A stretch of DNA of 64,000 nucleotides from Thermoanaerobaculia bacterium (GCA_963719225.1 CAVRAY010000001.1:2176001-2240000); one strand, 5' to 3'; shown: positions 50,597 through 61,097, counted from the stretch's first letter. Numbers and translations are program-made. Notes: generated by a model from the sequence alone, not told the origin.

Positions 50597-52321
50597 ATGA
50601 GCGATCCCCCCGTCTTCCCTTCTAAGAAGATCATTCTCTTCGAACGCTGCATCTCGCTTCTTGTCGCCATTCTTGGAGCGACCCTCGTCCTGCACCACAT
50701 GGCTGGCGATTCCGCGACGACGGACGAGCCCGTGCACATCGCGGCGGGCGTGGAGATCGTCCGGGACGGGACGGGCCGGTGGAACCCGGAGCATCCGCCG
50801 CTCGCGAAGGCTCTCGCCGGCCTCGCCCTCACCGGTCTCGACGTCCGGCCCGCAGGCGATCCCGTCGCGAATCCCTCCCACGCCGGCCTTCTCCTTCGCT
50901 TCCTCTTCGAAAACCAGACGCCCGCCGAGACGATCCTGTTCCGCGCGCGCCTGCCGTTCGTGGCGCTGTTTCTCGCCCTGCTCTTCGCCGTTCGGCGCGA
51001 AGCCGCACGCCGCTTCGGCATGGCCGCGGGCGGCGCCGCGCTCGCGTTCGCGGCTCTGGAGCCGAACCTCATCGCCCACGCCGGCGTCGTCCACACGGAC
51101 CTCGCCGTCACGCTCTTCCTCGTCCTCTCGCTCGGGCCGCTCTCCCGCATTCCCGACGCGAACGACCGCATCGCTCCCGTTTTCCTCGGAGTCCTCTGGG
51201 GACTCGCGTTCCTCTCCAAGTACAGCGCGCCGCTGCTGGTGCTCGTAACACTGCCGCTCATGTTCGTCGGAGGACCGGGGACCAGGGAGAATTTGCTTAG
51301 GAAGGAAAGAGGGCTCGCCCGTGGCGTAGCTCGTGTGGGCGGGCGCCTTCTCCTCGCTACTTTCATAGCAATCCTCGTCGTTTTCCTCGGATTCTTTCTC
51401 GCCTACCGAAACCAATCGGCTTCGGATCGGGAGGCGCTGGCCCGAAATCGGTTGCTCTTGAAAGGACATTCGCAGGCCTGTAGCGACTTCGCGATCGGGG
51501 CGGGTCGCCTTGCTCCACCGCTCGGGAACGTCGCGACCGGAGCGCTCTCCGTGGCGCTTCAGAGCCGCGTCGGCGCCGGCCCCTCCTATTTCATGGGACA
51601 CGTCGCCGAGGGCGGGAGCCCATGGTATTTCCCCGTCGCCTTCCTCGTGAAGGTGTCCCTCGGTCTCGTCGCCGGCGCGGCCCTGGGAGTCTTCTCTCCG
51701 GTCGGACGTCGGTTCGGCCTCTTCGTCGTCGGAGCCCTCGTCGCGTTCTTCGTCCTCTCCGCCGGGGCCGCGTACAACATCGGCGTGAGGCATCTGCTCT
51801 TCGCGTTCCCGCTTCTCGCGATCCTCGCCTCCTCGGCGGCCGCGGAACTCCGGCCCATGGGCCGCGCCCTTCTCCTCGGAGGGTTTCTCGTCGTCGAGGC
51901 GATCGAGGTCCTGGCGGCTCATCCGCACGAGCTCGCGTTCTTCAACGTGGCGGCCGGCGGGCCTTCGGGCGGGCGGCGGTTCCTCGTGGACAGCAACCTC
52001 GACTGGGGCCAGGATCTCGCGCGGCTTTCGATCCAGGCGCCCGCCTACTCTTCGAAGCCGCTTCCCGCCATCGTCTTCGGAGGGGACCTCCCGCGGCGCT
52101 ATCCCTCGCTCCGGCAGCTCGCGCCGGGTGACGAGGACCGCCCCGGCGCCTTGATCGCGATCGGCGAGACGCCGATGGCCCTCGGACCCGAGCTCCTGGC
52201 CTCGAAGGGCGCCGCTCGGGACGCCGAACGTCTCGCCGCGCTCCAGCGGGCTCTTCGCTCCAGGGGAAACCGCATCGGGACGATCGGCGGCTCGATCGGC
52301 ATCTGGCGCCTGAGTCCGTGA
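50597..52321 (+). CDS. GT-C (ArnT/PMT-like) membrane glycosyltransferase
   Basis: SATTDEPVH, NPEHPPLAK, IGVRHLL, LVDSNLDWGQDL. Confidence 0.85.
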   Translation: MSDPPVFPSKKIILFERCISLLVAILGATLVLHHMAGDSATTDEPVHIAAGVEIVRDGTGRWNPEHPPLAKALAGLALTGLDVRPAGDPVANPSHAGLLLRFLFENQTPAETILFRARLPFVALFLALLFAVRREAARRFGMAAGGAALAFAALEPNLIAHAGVVHTDLAVTLFLVLSLGPLSRIPDANDRIAPVFLGVLWGLAFLSKYSAPLLVLVTLPLMFVGGPGTRENLLRKERGLARGVARVGGRLLLATFIAILVVFLGFFLAYRNQSASDREALARNRLLLKGHSQACSDFAIGAGRLAPPLGNVATGALSVALQSRVGAGPSYFMGHVAEGGSPWYFPVAFLVKVSLGLVAGAALGVFSPVGRRFGLFVVGALVAFFVLSAGAAYNIGVRHLLFAFPLLAILASSAAAELRPMGRALLLGGFLVVEAIEVLAAHPHELAFFNVAAGGPSGGRRFLVDSNLDWGQDLARLSIQAPAYSSKPLPAIVFGGDLPRRYPSLRQLAPGDEDRPGALIAIGETPMALGPELLASKGAARDAERLAALQRALRSRGNRIGTIGGSIGIWRLSP

Positions 52322-52365
52322 ACGCAGCGGCCGCTGTGAAAGACTTGGGGCCGGAAGGGGGACCC

Positions 52366-52836
52366 ATGGGAACGATCGTGCACACGTCCCGCATCTGCAT
52401 CACGCGTGAGAAAGGCCCGACCCGCAAGGCGTTGATCGAGGGCTTCTCGGAGCCCGTCTATTACGGCGTCCACGGCGGGATCAAGAGCTTCTACAAGGTG
52501 GAGCCCGAGAAGGAGCACGCCGCGACGCTGGACCACATCGTGGGCGCAGTGGCCGGTTGAATGATGGGGACACTGGCCACGGTGCTGGCCGGAAGAAAGA
52601 TCCCGACCTTCGCGGATCGCTATCGCGCCGACGTCGAGGGGGACATCGAGGACATCGACGGAGTCCTGAGGATCACCCGGATCCGCGTCGCGTACACGCT
52701 CTCCGTCCCCCCGGGGAAGACCGAGGAGGCACGCGACGCGCTCAGGACGTACATCACCCGATGCCCGGCGGCCATGAGCGTGAGGGGGTGCATCGAGCTC
52801 ATCGACTCGGCCGAAGTCACCGAGCTTCCCGGCTGA
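52366..52836 (+). CDS. OsmC-like protein with in-frame TGA (probable selenocysteine)
   Basis: ORFs 52318-52560 and 52561-52836 share a frame: IVGAVAG*MMGTL ... YITRCPAAMSV; hairpin at 52573-52592. Confidence 0.8.
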
Positions 52837-52842
52837 GACGGA

Positions 52843-53229
52843 TCAGGCGAAGACGGCTCCCCGCTCGTGAAGGAGCTCACGAAGGATCGACCGGTGACAG
52901 CGTGCCTCGGAAGGACAGTAGCAGCCGACGGAGAACGACGTTCCGTGAGACAAAGCGGCAAGCAGGTCCAGGACATGCGCTTTGTCCGGCTGCTTCATCT
53001 CGGCTCGATAGCGTCTGCCGAAATTCCGCCACCGTGAAGCGTCGTCTGCCGCTTTGCCCGCCTTGAGGAGCTCCTCGCTGGGCGCCACCTCGGGCAGCCA
53101 GACGTCGTAGAAATCCCGCGACGCAAAGTCGGCCTTCGGGACTCCACGCGGCGGGCGCCGGACGGTTCCGATGCGCAGCCCCTCTCCCGCGACACGCGGG
53201 TCTCCCAGCCGGACGATGCGGATGGGCAT
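52843..53229 (-). CDS. DUF488-family protein
   Basis: GLRIGTVRRPPRGV, DVWLPEVAPS, GCYC..E.RCHRS. Confidence 0.85.
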   Translation of the reverse strand: MPIRIVRLGDPRVAGEGLRIGTVRRPPRGVPKADFASRDFYDVWLPEVAPSEELLKAGKAADDASRWRNFGRRYRAEMKQPDKAHVLDLLAALSHGTSFSVGCYCPSEARCHRSILRELLHERGAVFA

Positions 53230-53275
53230 TCGTTCCTCCTGATTGAAGCGATATCGCCACGATAACAAGCGCCGC

Positions 53276-53740
53276 TCACGCGTTCGCCAGCATCAGCTCG
53301 AGCGCCTGCGAGATCGACGCCCCGTCCTCGAGGCCGGAGAGACGCGGAACGCGCCGACGCAGCGCTTCGAGGCGCTGCGGCTCGACGGCAAAGTCATAGG
53401 CGAGGATGACGGGGACGCCTTCGAGCATCGGCGCGAGCGCGTCGAGGATGTAGAACCCCTGGTGCGTCGCGAGGTGGCGCACGGCGCGGACGCGGTCGCC
53501 TCCGAACCGCGCGACGAGCGACTCGGCGTCTCCCGCGAGGGCGGCTTCCGGCGTCCGGTCGAAAACGACGTCGAGGAACACGGCTCCCGGCCGCTCCGCC
53601 GCGACCGCGGAGCGAGCCGACTCGAGGTCCCCCGCCCGCACGAAAACGGCCTCCAGCCCCCGCGCGGCCGCGAGACGCTGGAAGCCTTCGACGTATTCGG
53701 ACCCGTCCTCCACGACGAGGACCGTGCGAGGGGGAGTCAT
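53276..53740 (-). CDS. Stand-alone atypical receiver-domain protein
   Basis: TVLVVEDG, AVFLDVVFD, QGFYILDAL. Confidence 0.65.
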   Translation of the reverse strand: MTPPRTVLVVEDGSEYVEGFQRLAAARGLEAVFVRAGDLESARSAVAAERPGAVFLDVVFDRTPEAALAGDAESLVARFGGDRVRAVRHLATHQGFYILDALAPMLEGVPVILAYDFAVEPQRLEALRRRVPRLSGLEDGASISQALELMLANA

Positions 53741-56244
53741 GCGGCCTCCTCCACCGCCGCGAACTCCACCGCGACGCCTTTCGTGAACTCCCCCGTTCCC
53801 GGCGTGACGTCCACGAGACCGTCCCAGCGCCGGACCAGGTCCGCGACGACGCCGAGGCCGCGCTCGGCGGCTCTTCCCCGGATCATCTCCGCGGTGAGGA
53901 GCCGGGGATCCCCGTCGAAAAGCACGAACCGCGCGAGGGCCTGGCCGGTCACGGGGTCGCGCCTCTCTTCGGCGAGGAGCGCGAGACGCGGAGCCTGCAG
54001 GGCATTCGCGAAGAGATTTCGCCAGAGCGTGGCCCAGTCCCCCTCCGGGACGCGGACCCTCACGCATTTTCCGTCCGCCTCCTCTCCGAACAGCCCGAGG
54101 CCCGCGAGCGGCGGTGCCGCAGCGTCGTTTTCGCGCGCGACGCTCGCGAGAAGGGATCGGAGCCTCTCGAACCGGGCCTCCGTCGAACCCGCGACGTCGA
54201 GAGTCGCCGTCAGGAGCTGCGCGGTCCGCGGATTGAGCGTCGCCGCGGCCCGGCGAAGGGACCGGCTCAGCTTCTCGAGGCGCCGCGCCGGGAGCGAACC
54301 TTCATCGGCGAGAAGTGCGAGATCGGCACGGATTCTCTCCAGGGCCTCGAGAGACCGAGAGACCCGGGAGAGAAGCGGATCCTTGAATCGAAGGTTCAGG
54401 CGCGCTCCGCGGCGGCGCCCGATCGCCTCGAGGTCACGCAGGGCTCTCCGCGCCTCGGCGACGAGCCCCGGCGTCCCAGGGTTCCCGTAGAGACGCTCGA
54501 CCAGGAGCGGGGCGGCCTCGGCGAGTCCCTGCTGCGAGTCCAGACGCTCCAGCGCCTCGCCGAGAAGCAGACCGCCGTGCTTGAACGCCTCGTGGGAAAG
54601 GCGGCCCGCCACGGAGCGCGCGTCGTGCGTCGCGCCGGGATCACGCTTCAGCCACTCTTCGAGCGTGAGGCCCAGCCGCCTTCTCCCCCAAGAGAGAATC
54701 GCCGCGAAGAGCGCGCACAGGCCGCCGCCGAGCGCGACGCCTCGCAGCGTGTCCTGTCGCCTCTCCTCGCGCGCCAGCGCCGCCTGCGCCTCCTCGGCAT
54801 GGACGCCTCCGGCCGCTTCCGCGAGATAGCGCCGGAAAAGCGCCGCCGCGCGCGACGAACGTCCTTCCCCCGACGCGATTCTCCCGAGCGCGAAGAGCGC
54901 CTCGCGGGAGCCGGCCTGATCCGCGTGCTCCCAGGCGCCCTCGGCGTCGCGCTCCCGTCCGGCCTGCCGGCCCAGCAGCTCGGCCAGCCGCTCCCATGCG
55001 GCCGCGCGGGACGGGTCGATTGCGACGGCGCGCCTGAGCACCTCTTCGGCGCCGAGGAGGTCCTCCCGCCTCTCGCGAAGCGCGGCGCGAAGCTCGAGGG
55101 CGGGCACGAAGCGGGGATCGAGGCGTTCGGCCTCGGCGAGCTCGGCCTCCGCCGCCTCCCAATCGCGCGCCGTCGGCCGGCCCGCGTAGACCTGCGCGAG
55201 ACGGAATGCCCCCACGGCGGGAGACGCGGGATCCGATCCGAGAGCGATCGGCTCGGGACCCGAGGTCTTGGCGAGACGCGCGCGCAGGCGTTCGCGGAAG
55301 GAGGAGGATTCCGCTTTCTCCGCTTGCGGAGCGAGAGCCCTCCATGCGTCGAGCCGCTCGAGGGCGCGCGCAGGGTCGCCCCACGCCGCCCAGCGGTTCG
55401 CCGCCTCGCGCTGGAGACGCAGCAGGTCCGGCCGGAGCGCGACGGCTCGGTCGAGAAGCGCGAGCGACTCCTCCTTCGCCGGGCGGTCGGGCTCGTTCCA
55501 GAGCAGATTCGAGAGGGCAACGAGGGCCTCGAAACCGTCCGGCTCCGCCGCGAGAGCCGTCCGGTACGCCGCGGCCGCCTCGCCGCTCCGGCCGCTTCGT
55601 TCCTCGACGCTCCCGAGGGCGAGAGCGGCCTCCGAGTATCCGGGCGAGAGCCGGAGCGCCTTTCGGAACGCCTCTCGCGCGGCTTCATTCGCTCCACGCC
55701 TCAACGCGGTCTTCCCGTCCGCGAAGGCGCGGCGGGCGTCCGCCGAGGGCGGCGCAAAGCCGGGCCGAACGGGAAGCTTGCGGGCCTCGTCCTCGGCGTC
55801 CAGCCGGCGGATGTTCTCGCCGATCCAGTCGGCGCCCGACCGCGCGCGCCTCTGCAGCGCGGTGAGCACGTGCCCGTACTGGAGGATCGCGCCGCGCCGG
55901 TCCCCGCGCGCTTCCGCCTGCCGCGCGAGCACGAGCCGCTCGGCCGGCGACAGGGCCTCGGGGGCCTCCTTCGCCGCGATCTCGAGGAGGCGCGCCTCGT
56001 CGTCCGTGTCGCCCGCGACGGCCGCGAGGTCCGCGCCGCGCAAGGCGAGAGCGAGCGAGGGCGACGCGAGACGCGCGCGCCGGACCAGATCGCGCGCGCC
56101 CGCGAGAGCCTCCGGGCTCGGCGTTCCCTCGGCGACGAGATGCTCGGCCTGGCTCGCCAGAGTCGCCGGATCCTCGGCGCAGTCCGTCGCCGGCCTCGGA
56201 GCGACGGCGAGGAGCAGCGTCAGGACCGCCCGCAGCATCCTCAC
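53737..56244 (-). CDS. TPR-repeat membrane protein with a degenerate histidine-kinase-like C-terminus
   Basis: Signal peptide, TPR-like repeats, one TM segment, RLSHE, LWRNLFANAL, RGLGVV. Confidence 0.65.
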   Translation of the reverse strand: MRMLRAVLTLLLAVAPRPATDCAEDPATLASQAEHLVAEGTPSPEALAGARDLVRRARLASPSLALALRGADLAAVAGDTDDEARLLEIAAKEAPEALSPAERLVLARQAEARGDRRGAILQYGHVLTALQRRARSGADWIGENIRRLDAEDEARKLPVRPGFAPPSADARRAFADGKTALRRGANEAAREAFRKALRLSPGYSEAALALGSVEERSGRSGEAAAAYRTALAAEPDGFEALVALSNLLWNEPDRPAKEESLALLDRAVALRPDLLRLQREAANRWAAWGDPARALERLDAWRALAPQAEKAESSSFRERLRARLAKTSGPEPIALGSDPASPAVGAFRLAQVYAGRPTARDWEAAEAELAEAERLDPRFVPALELRAALRERREDLLGAEEVLRRAVAIDPSRAAAWERLAELLGRQAGRERDAEGAWEHADQAGSREALFALGRIASGEGRSSRAAALFRRYLAEAAGGVHAEEAQAALAREERRQDTLRGVALGGGLCALFAAILSWGRRRLGLTLEEWLKRDPGATHDARSVAGRLSHEAFKHGGLLLGEALERLDSQQGLAEAAPLLVERLYGNPGTPGLVAEARRALRDLEAIGRRRGARLNLRFKDPLLSRVSRSLEALERIRADLALLADEGSLPARRLEKLSRSLRRAAATLNPRTAQLLTATLDVAGSTEARFERLRSLLASVARENDAAAPPLAGLGLFGEEADGKCVRVRVPEGDWATLWRNLFANALQAPRLALLAEERRDPVTGQALARFVLFDGDPRLLTAEMIRGRAAERGLGVVADLVRRWDGLVDVTPGTGEFTKGVAVEFAAVEEAA

Positions 56245-57890
56245 GCCTCGCGGCGCGCCGAGAGGCCGAGCTTGTTGAAGCGCAGGCGGACGGCACGCTC
56301 GTCGGCCGCCGACCCGGTCATCCTCTCGGCCATGCGAGCGAAGTCGCCTTCACACTCATGAAACAACTGGCGGAAGGCGGAGCGCTCGAGCTCGCGCCGG
56401 AAGCTCTCGACACTTTCGACTTTCGGACGCGGAAGCGCGAACACCTCGTCGGCCGATGCGACGTCTTCCTGGCGAGCCTCGGCGAGGAGATCGAAGAGCA
56501 GCCGCGGATCCATCGTGAACACGATCCGCCCCGACCGGTCCCTCGTGGCGGCCGTCCGGCCGTACAGGGTCGCCGCGAGGAGATCGGCGAGGACCATCGC
56601 GAATTGCCGCACGTTTCCGGGCCAGGGATGGCGGGCGATCGCCTGCCATCCTTTGCGCGGAAGGGTGAAGACGATCGGGGCCCGGCTGCGCGAGAGCTCT
56701 TCCTCGCCGCGCGCGAGCTCGAACGTATCCTCGCGGTCCGGCTCCGCCCCTCCGGCCGCGCGCGCCTGCGCCGCGATCTCCTGCCGATGTACCGGATCCG
56801 AGAAGAAGTCCGCCGCGAAATCGTCGGCGAGATCCTCGAGGTCCTCGCGGCGCGCCGAAAGAGGCGGCAGCTCGAGCGCGAGCGCGGGGTTGAGGCGCAT
56901 CAGGAGATCGGCGCGGAAGAGACCCTCCGCGACGCGCTTCTTGAGGTCCACGTTGGACGCCGCGACGATGCGCGCGGTGTGCGGCAGGACGGACGTCGCC
57001 CCCACGCGCCGAACGACGCCGTCGTTGAGCGCCGTCAGGAGGGCCTTCTGGGCATCGGAGGAGAGGTTCTCGATCTCGTCCAGAAAGAGAGTCCCGCCCG
57101 CGGCGGCCTCGAAGACGCCCGGGCGATCCGCCACCGACCCGGTGTACGAGCCGCGCACGGAGCCGAAGAGAGCGGCCTGCAGGAGCGTCTCCGGCACGGT
57201 CGCGCAGTCGAACGAAACGAGCGGGCCCTTGCGCGACGAGAGCGGATGGATGACCTCCTTCACGAGAAAGTTCTTCCCCGACCCCGTCGGCCCCGTCAGG
57301 AGGAGCGGCAGCGGCGTGGGGGCGAGGGAGGAAATCCGGCGGCGCAAATCCCTCATCGCGCCTCCCCGGCCCCAGAAGAACCTTCCCGTCGAGAGAGGCG
57401 ACTCGCGCTCCGCGAGAACTCGGCGCACGAGGCGCACGAGCCCCTCGCCCGTCGTCTCGTCCTCGCCGACGGTGTACGTGAACGCGTCGGCGCGAAGGCG
57501 GCGGGCTTCGTCCTCGAACGGAATCTCCTCGTGCGCCGTCGTCAGCACGACCGGCAGATCTCTCTCGCGATGCCGCAGGCGCTCCAGGATGAAGAGGCCC
57601 TGCCGGTCGCGCCGGTCGCGCCGGTCGCGCTTCCCCGCAACCGTCTCGCCGAGCGGTCGGCGGTCGGGCAGGAGGTCCTCGTCCGAGATGTCGAACCTCA
57701 GGTCGAGAACGACGAGATCCGGAATTCGTCCCGCGCGCGCGAGCGCCGCCTCGGCCTCGGGCCAGCTTCCCGCCCAGGTCTTCTCCGCCGAGGGCCCGAG
57801 CAGGACCAGGTCGGGCGCATGCCGCCGCAGGAATTCCGCGGTCTTCGGCTGATCGTCGACGACCAGGACGCGAGGGCCGCGAGCCGTCAT
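56241..57890 (-). CDS. Sigma-54-dependent response regulator (receiver + AAA+)
   Basis: VLVVDD, GPTGSGKN, LFGSVRGSYTGS, GGTLFLDEI, WPGNVRQ. Confidence 0.88.
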   Translation of the reverse strand: MTARGPRVLVVDDQPKTAEFLRRHAPDLVLLGPSAEKTWAGSWPEAEAALARAGRIPDLVVLDLRFDISDEDLLPDRRPLGETVAGKRDRRDRRDRQGLFILERLRHRERDLPVVLTTAHEEIPFEDEARRLRADAFTYTVGEDETTGEGLVRLVRRVLAERESPLSTGRFFWGRGGAMRDLRRRISSLAPTPLPLLLTGPTGSGKNFLVKEVIHPLSSRKGPLVSFDCATVPETLLQAALFGSVRGSYTGSVADRPGVFEAAAGGTLFLDEIENLSSDAQKALLTALNDGVVRRVGATSVLPHTARIVAASNVDLKKRVAEGLFRADLLMRLNPALALELPPLSARREDLEDLADDFAADFFSDPVHRQEIAAQARAAGGAEPDREDTFELARGEEELSRSRAPIVFTLPRKGWQAIARHPWPGNVRQFAMVLADLLAATLYGRTAATRDRSGRIVFTMDPRLLFDLLAEARQEDVASADEVFALPRPKVESVESFRRELERSAFRQLFHECEGDFARMAERMTGSAADERAVRLRFNKLGLSARREA

Positions 57891-58402
57891 CGGCGCGCTC
57901 CAGGAGGCCGCACGATCTCCGGGCCGTCGTCGAGGGCGACGCGGCGGTAGAACGCGGTGCAGGCGCGGGACGCTTCGAGGCAGGCTTCGTCGAGGGAGAC
58001 AAGAGAAAATTCGGAGAGAGAGGAGATTTTGTTTTCGGAAGAAGAAGAAGGAGAAGAAGAAGATTCTTTGAATGGGAAGAGATTGGAGGCGAGGCGCTCG
58101 AGGTCCGACATTGCGCGATCCAGCGTCTGGAGGTCCGGATCGTCTGCCGGAAACGACGGCCCCTCTTCCCTCTTCCATTCCAAGAAGATCTTCAGAACGT
58201 CCTCACTGGCTCTGCCGCCTCTCGTGCGCGGCAGAAGGTCCGCTACGAGCCGCGCACGCAATTCGTCCGGGCTCGTTTCTCTCTCTTCCGGCGCGCTCCA
58301 GCGGAGGGCCTTGCCCACGTCGTGCTTCAACCGAAAGGCTGCGGACTTTCTCCGCAGCCTCCGGTCTTCGGTGTCTTGATGGTCTCGCCGTGTGCCCGTC
58401 AT
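57887..58402 (-). CDS. Hypothetical protein
   Basis: ORF coupled (ATGA overlap) to the regulator; FRLKHDVGK motif. Confidence 0.6.
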   Translation of the reverse strand: MTGTRRDHQDTEDRRLRRKSAAFRLKHDVGKALRWSAPEERETSPDELRARLVADLLPRTRGGRASEDVLKIFLEWKREEGPSFPADDPDLQTLDRAMSDLERLASNLFPFKESSSSPSSSSENKISSLSEFSLVSLDEACLEASRACTAFYRRVALDDGPEIVRPPGARR

Positions 58403-58411
58403 CCTCTTCGA

Positions 58412-59935
58412 TTATCCGCTCAGCCGTTCGGTCATCTGCTGCAAGCGGTTCCAGTCCACGACGCCCGGAGCCGAGTACGGACGATCCACGAGGACCGGGC
58501 GACGGGTTCCTTCGGTGTCGCAGAGGACGTGCCGCTTCGGAATCCTCAGGCCGTCGGGCGTGAACCCTTCGCACACGACGAGGAGGAGGCGGCCGTCCGG
58601 CGAGAACCCGAGTGACGTGGTGTACCGATCCTCTCCCGGCGCCGGCCCTGCCGAGGTCGCCGAAACGCCGACCGACAGGACCTCGGGCTCGGCGGACGCC
58701 GCCGGCTCGATCACGCGGGCCCGGGCGATGTCCAGCAGCCGCGTTCTGCGACGGCCCGCGGTGGGCGCCTCGTCCCACACGAGCTTCTTCCCGGTGGCGT
58801 CGAACGCGAGACTCGCCGGGTCCGCGCCCACGACCGTGTAGGGCTGGATGGCGTCCCTGCCGTCCGGTCGCGTCACGACGAGCAGCGTGACTCCGCCCCG
58901 CGCGACGAACAGGGCGCGCAGGCCGGATGCGGAGACGACGGGCTTGTCCGAAACGACCTTGCGCGGAAGAGATTTCGTGAGGCGCGCGACGAGGCGGTCG
59001 GCCGCGCGGCGGCGCGCGGCATCCGGCGCCGTCGCCGTGACCTCGGAAGCCGACTCGATCGCGCCGTCGCGATAGACGGCGAACGCCTCGACGTCGCCGC
59101 GGCGCGCGGCTCCCTCGGCGAGCCACGACAGCAGCCGCGCGCGCTCGAGGAGAAACGCCACGCGGCGCGGGGACGCGGGGAATGAGGCGAGGAACTCGGC
59201 CAGGTCGCGCTCGCGACGGGTGGCGGCAGAGACGTCCGCGGGCGCCTGCGGATCCACGAGCGGGCCGCACGACGTCAGGAGCCGGAGCCGCGCGCGCTCG
59301 GCGACGTCGGCCTGAGGAGCGAGGGCGATCAGCCGGCGATAGGCCGCGCCGTCGTACCGATATCCGCCGCCGTCGCCCTTCGGAACGAGCGTCATGCCCC
59401 AGATCCGCGCGAGCCGGACCGAGGCGGGCTCTCCCCCGTCCTCCCGCGGCCGTGCCGAGGCCGCGAGGAGCTCGCCGGCGCGGCCCAGGAGCTCCCACGC
59501 CTCGACGCGCGAGGCGTCGCGCCGCGTGACTTCGTGAAGATACGCCGCGGCGAGAACGGGCCGGTCGTTCGCATCGAGAAGGAGGCGTGCGTTGCCGACG
59601 AGCCGTTCGATCGATTCTCGCGGGTCGTCGAGGACGAAAAACGCCGAGGAGTCGGTCCAGCCGCGCGATGCGGGGACGGTGCCCCAGGCCGGCGCCAGGA
59701 CGAGGACGCGGCTGCCGCTGCGCTCCAGGAGCTGCGCCGGAGCGCTGGCCGCGACGCGCCCGCCGTTCCCGAGGCGATCCGCGGGCGTTTCGCCGAGGAC
59801 CACCGAACGGAGCGCGACGAGGTCCTTCCCTTCCGGCTCGTCGGCGCGGGCGAGCGCCGCGAGGAGCAGGGGCGAGGCGAGGAGCCCGAGGAACGCGAGC
59901 AGCCTGAGGATCGGGGCGACGTACCGGCGGAACAT
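58412..59935 (-). CDS. Hypothetical exported protein (helical repeats plus a propeller-like C-terminus)
   Basis: GGAGG RBS, signal peptide, GFSPDGR motif. Confidence 0.65.
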   Translation of the reverse strand: MFRRYVAPILRLLAFLGLLASPLLLAALARADEPEGKDLVALRSVVLGETPADRLGNGGRVAASAPAQLLERSGSRVLVLAPAWGTVPASRGWTDSSAFFVLDDPRESIERLVGNARLLLDANDRPVLAAAYLHEVTRRDASRVEAWELLGRAGELLAASARPREDGGEPASVRLARIWGMTLVPKGDGGGYRYDGAAYRRLIALAPQADVAERARLRLLTSCGPLVDPQAPADVSAATRRERDLAEFLASFPASPRRVAFLLERARLLSWLAEGAARRGDVEAFAVYRDGAIESASEVTATAPDAARRRAADRLVARLTKSLPRKVVSDKPVVSASGLRALFVARGGVTLLVVTRPDGRDAIQPYTVVGADPASLAFDATGKKLVWDEAPTAGRRRTRLLDIARARVIEPAASAEPEVLSVGVSATSAGPAPGEDRYTTSLGFSPDGRLLLVVCEGFTPDGLRIPKRHVLCDTEGTRRPVLVDRPYSAPGVVDWNRLQQMTERLSG

Positions 59936-60077
59936 GTGAACCTCCCGGCGCGATGTCCTGTCCGCGCCTGGCAGGGCCAGTTCACGCTTCGTGCCGCGAG
60001 GGCGATCACGCCCGGTGCGTTTCTGGTAACGCCTGTATTATGCGATATGGAGTAGTTTTCTTAGAAAAGGAGATAAC

Positions 60078-61055
60078 TCACAGGTCGTGATAGTCGAGCC
60101 GGATCTTCGTCTCCGCGAAGGTCTTTCCGTCCACCTCGACGTACGGGTAGATGAAGAAGTTCAGCGGGCCGTCCTTCTGCGGCGGGGAGAGCGTGAGATC
60201 GCGGCCCGTCGTGATGTCGTACCGGTCCGGGTCGAGATGGCCGAAGAGGTACGCCTTCTTCACGGGCTCTTTCGTCTTCGCGGCGTCGGACGCGTCGACC
60301 GGCACCCAGCCCTGCCCGGGTGCCCAGAACTCCGCCCAGCAGTGATATCCGGGCACGGAGCCTTCCTTTTCGGGCTTCAGCGGGAAGCCGATGGAGAAAC
60401 GCACCGGGATCCCCTCGGCGCGCGCGAGCGCCATGAACGCCGAGTGGAAATCCGTGCAGTTCCCTTTCTTCACATCGCAGAAGCGCTCCGAGTCGCCCTT
60501 TCCCCAGCCCGGGGCGGTCTTGTCGTACGTGCCGTTGTCGACGAGGTAGTCGTAGAAGGCCCGCGCCTTCGAGACGTTGTCGGTCTTTCCCGCCGACAAC
60601 GTGCGGGCGAGCTCCCTGACGCGGGGCGTCAGCGGCACGAGCCGGTTCGGCTTGAGGAGCTCCGACGCGCCGGGAGGCGCGGTCCTCTTCGCGCTGCCTG
60701 GAGCGGGCGCCACGGCCTCGCGCCTCGTGACGCGATACGTCGCCTTGACCTCGAGGTCCTTCCCGAGCTGCTCGGGCTGGTCGAGGACGAAATGCGCGAG
60801 GCGGTTCCCCGCCGAATCGGTTTCGAGCGTGAACGGAGCGGGCGCCTGGATTTTCATCTCGGAAACGGACTGATACGGGCCGTCCGACGGCAGCGGAACC
60901 CAGACCTCCGCCTTCTTCGCCGTGGCCGGAAGAGCCGCGATCGTGCCGACGTAAGTGGCTTCGAAGGACCTCACCGTTGGCGTCTTCGTGCCCGCGACGA
61001 GAAAGGCCCCCGAGCAGGCGGCGAGAACGGCAGCGGCGGCGCAGAGCTTTTTCAT
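60078..61055 (-). CDS. Transglutaminase-like domain protein
   Basis: GNCTDFH, YHCWAEF, WVPVD catalytic triad. Confidence 0.92.
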   Translation of the reverse strand: MKKLCAAAAVLAACSGAFLVAGTKTPTVRSFEATYVGTIAALPATAKKAEVWVPLPSDGPYQSVSEMKIQAPAPFTLETDSAGNRLAHFVLDQPEQLGKDLEVKATYRVTRREAVAPAPGSAKRTAPPGASELLKPNRLVPLTPRVRELARTLSAGKTDNVSKARAFYDYLVDNGTYDKTAPGWGKGDSERFCDVKKGNCTDFHSAFMALARAEGIPVRFSIGFPLKPEKEGSVPGYHCWAEFWAPGQGWVPVDASDAAKTKEPVKKAYLFGHLDPDRYDITTGRDLTLSPPQKDGPLNFFIYPYVEVDGKTFAETKIRLDYHDL

Positions 61056-61097
61056 GGTTCCCCCCGGCCGGATTCTAGGGACGGTCGCTTCCCTTTC

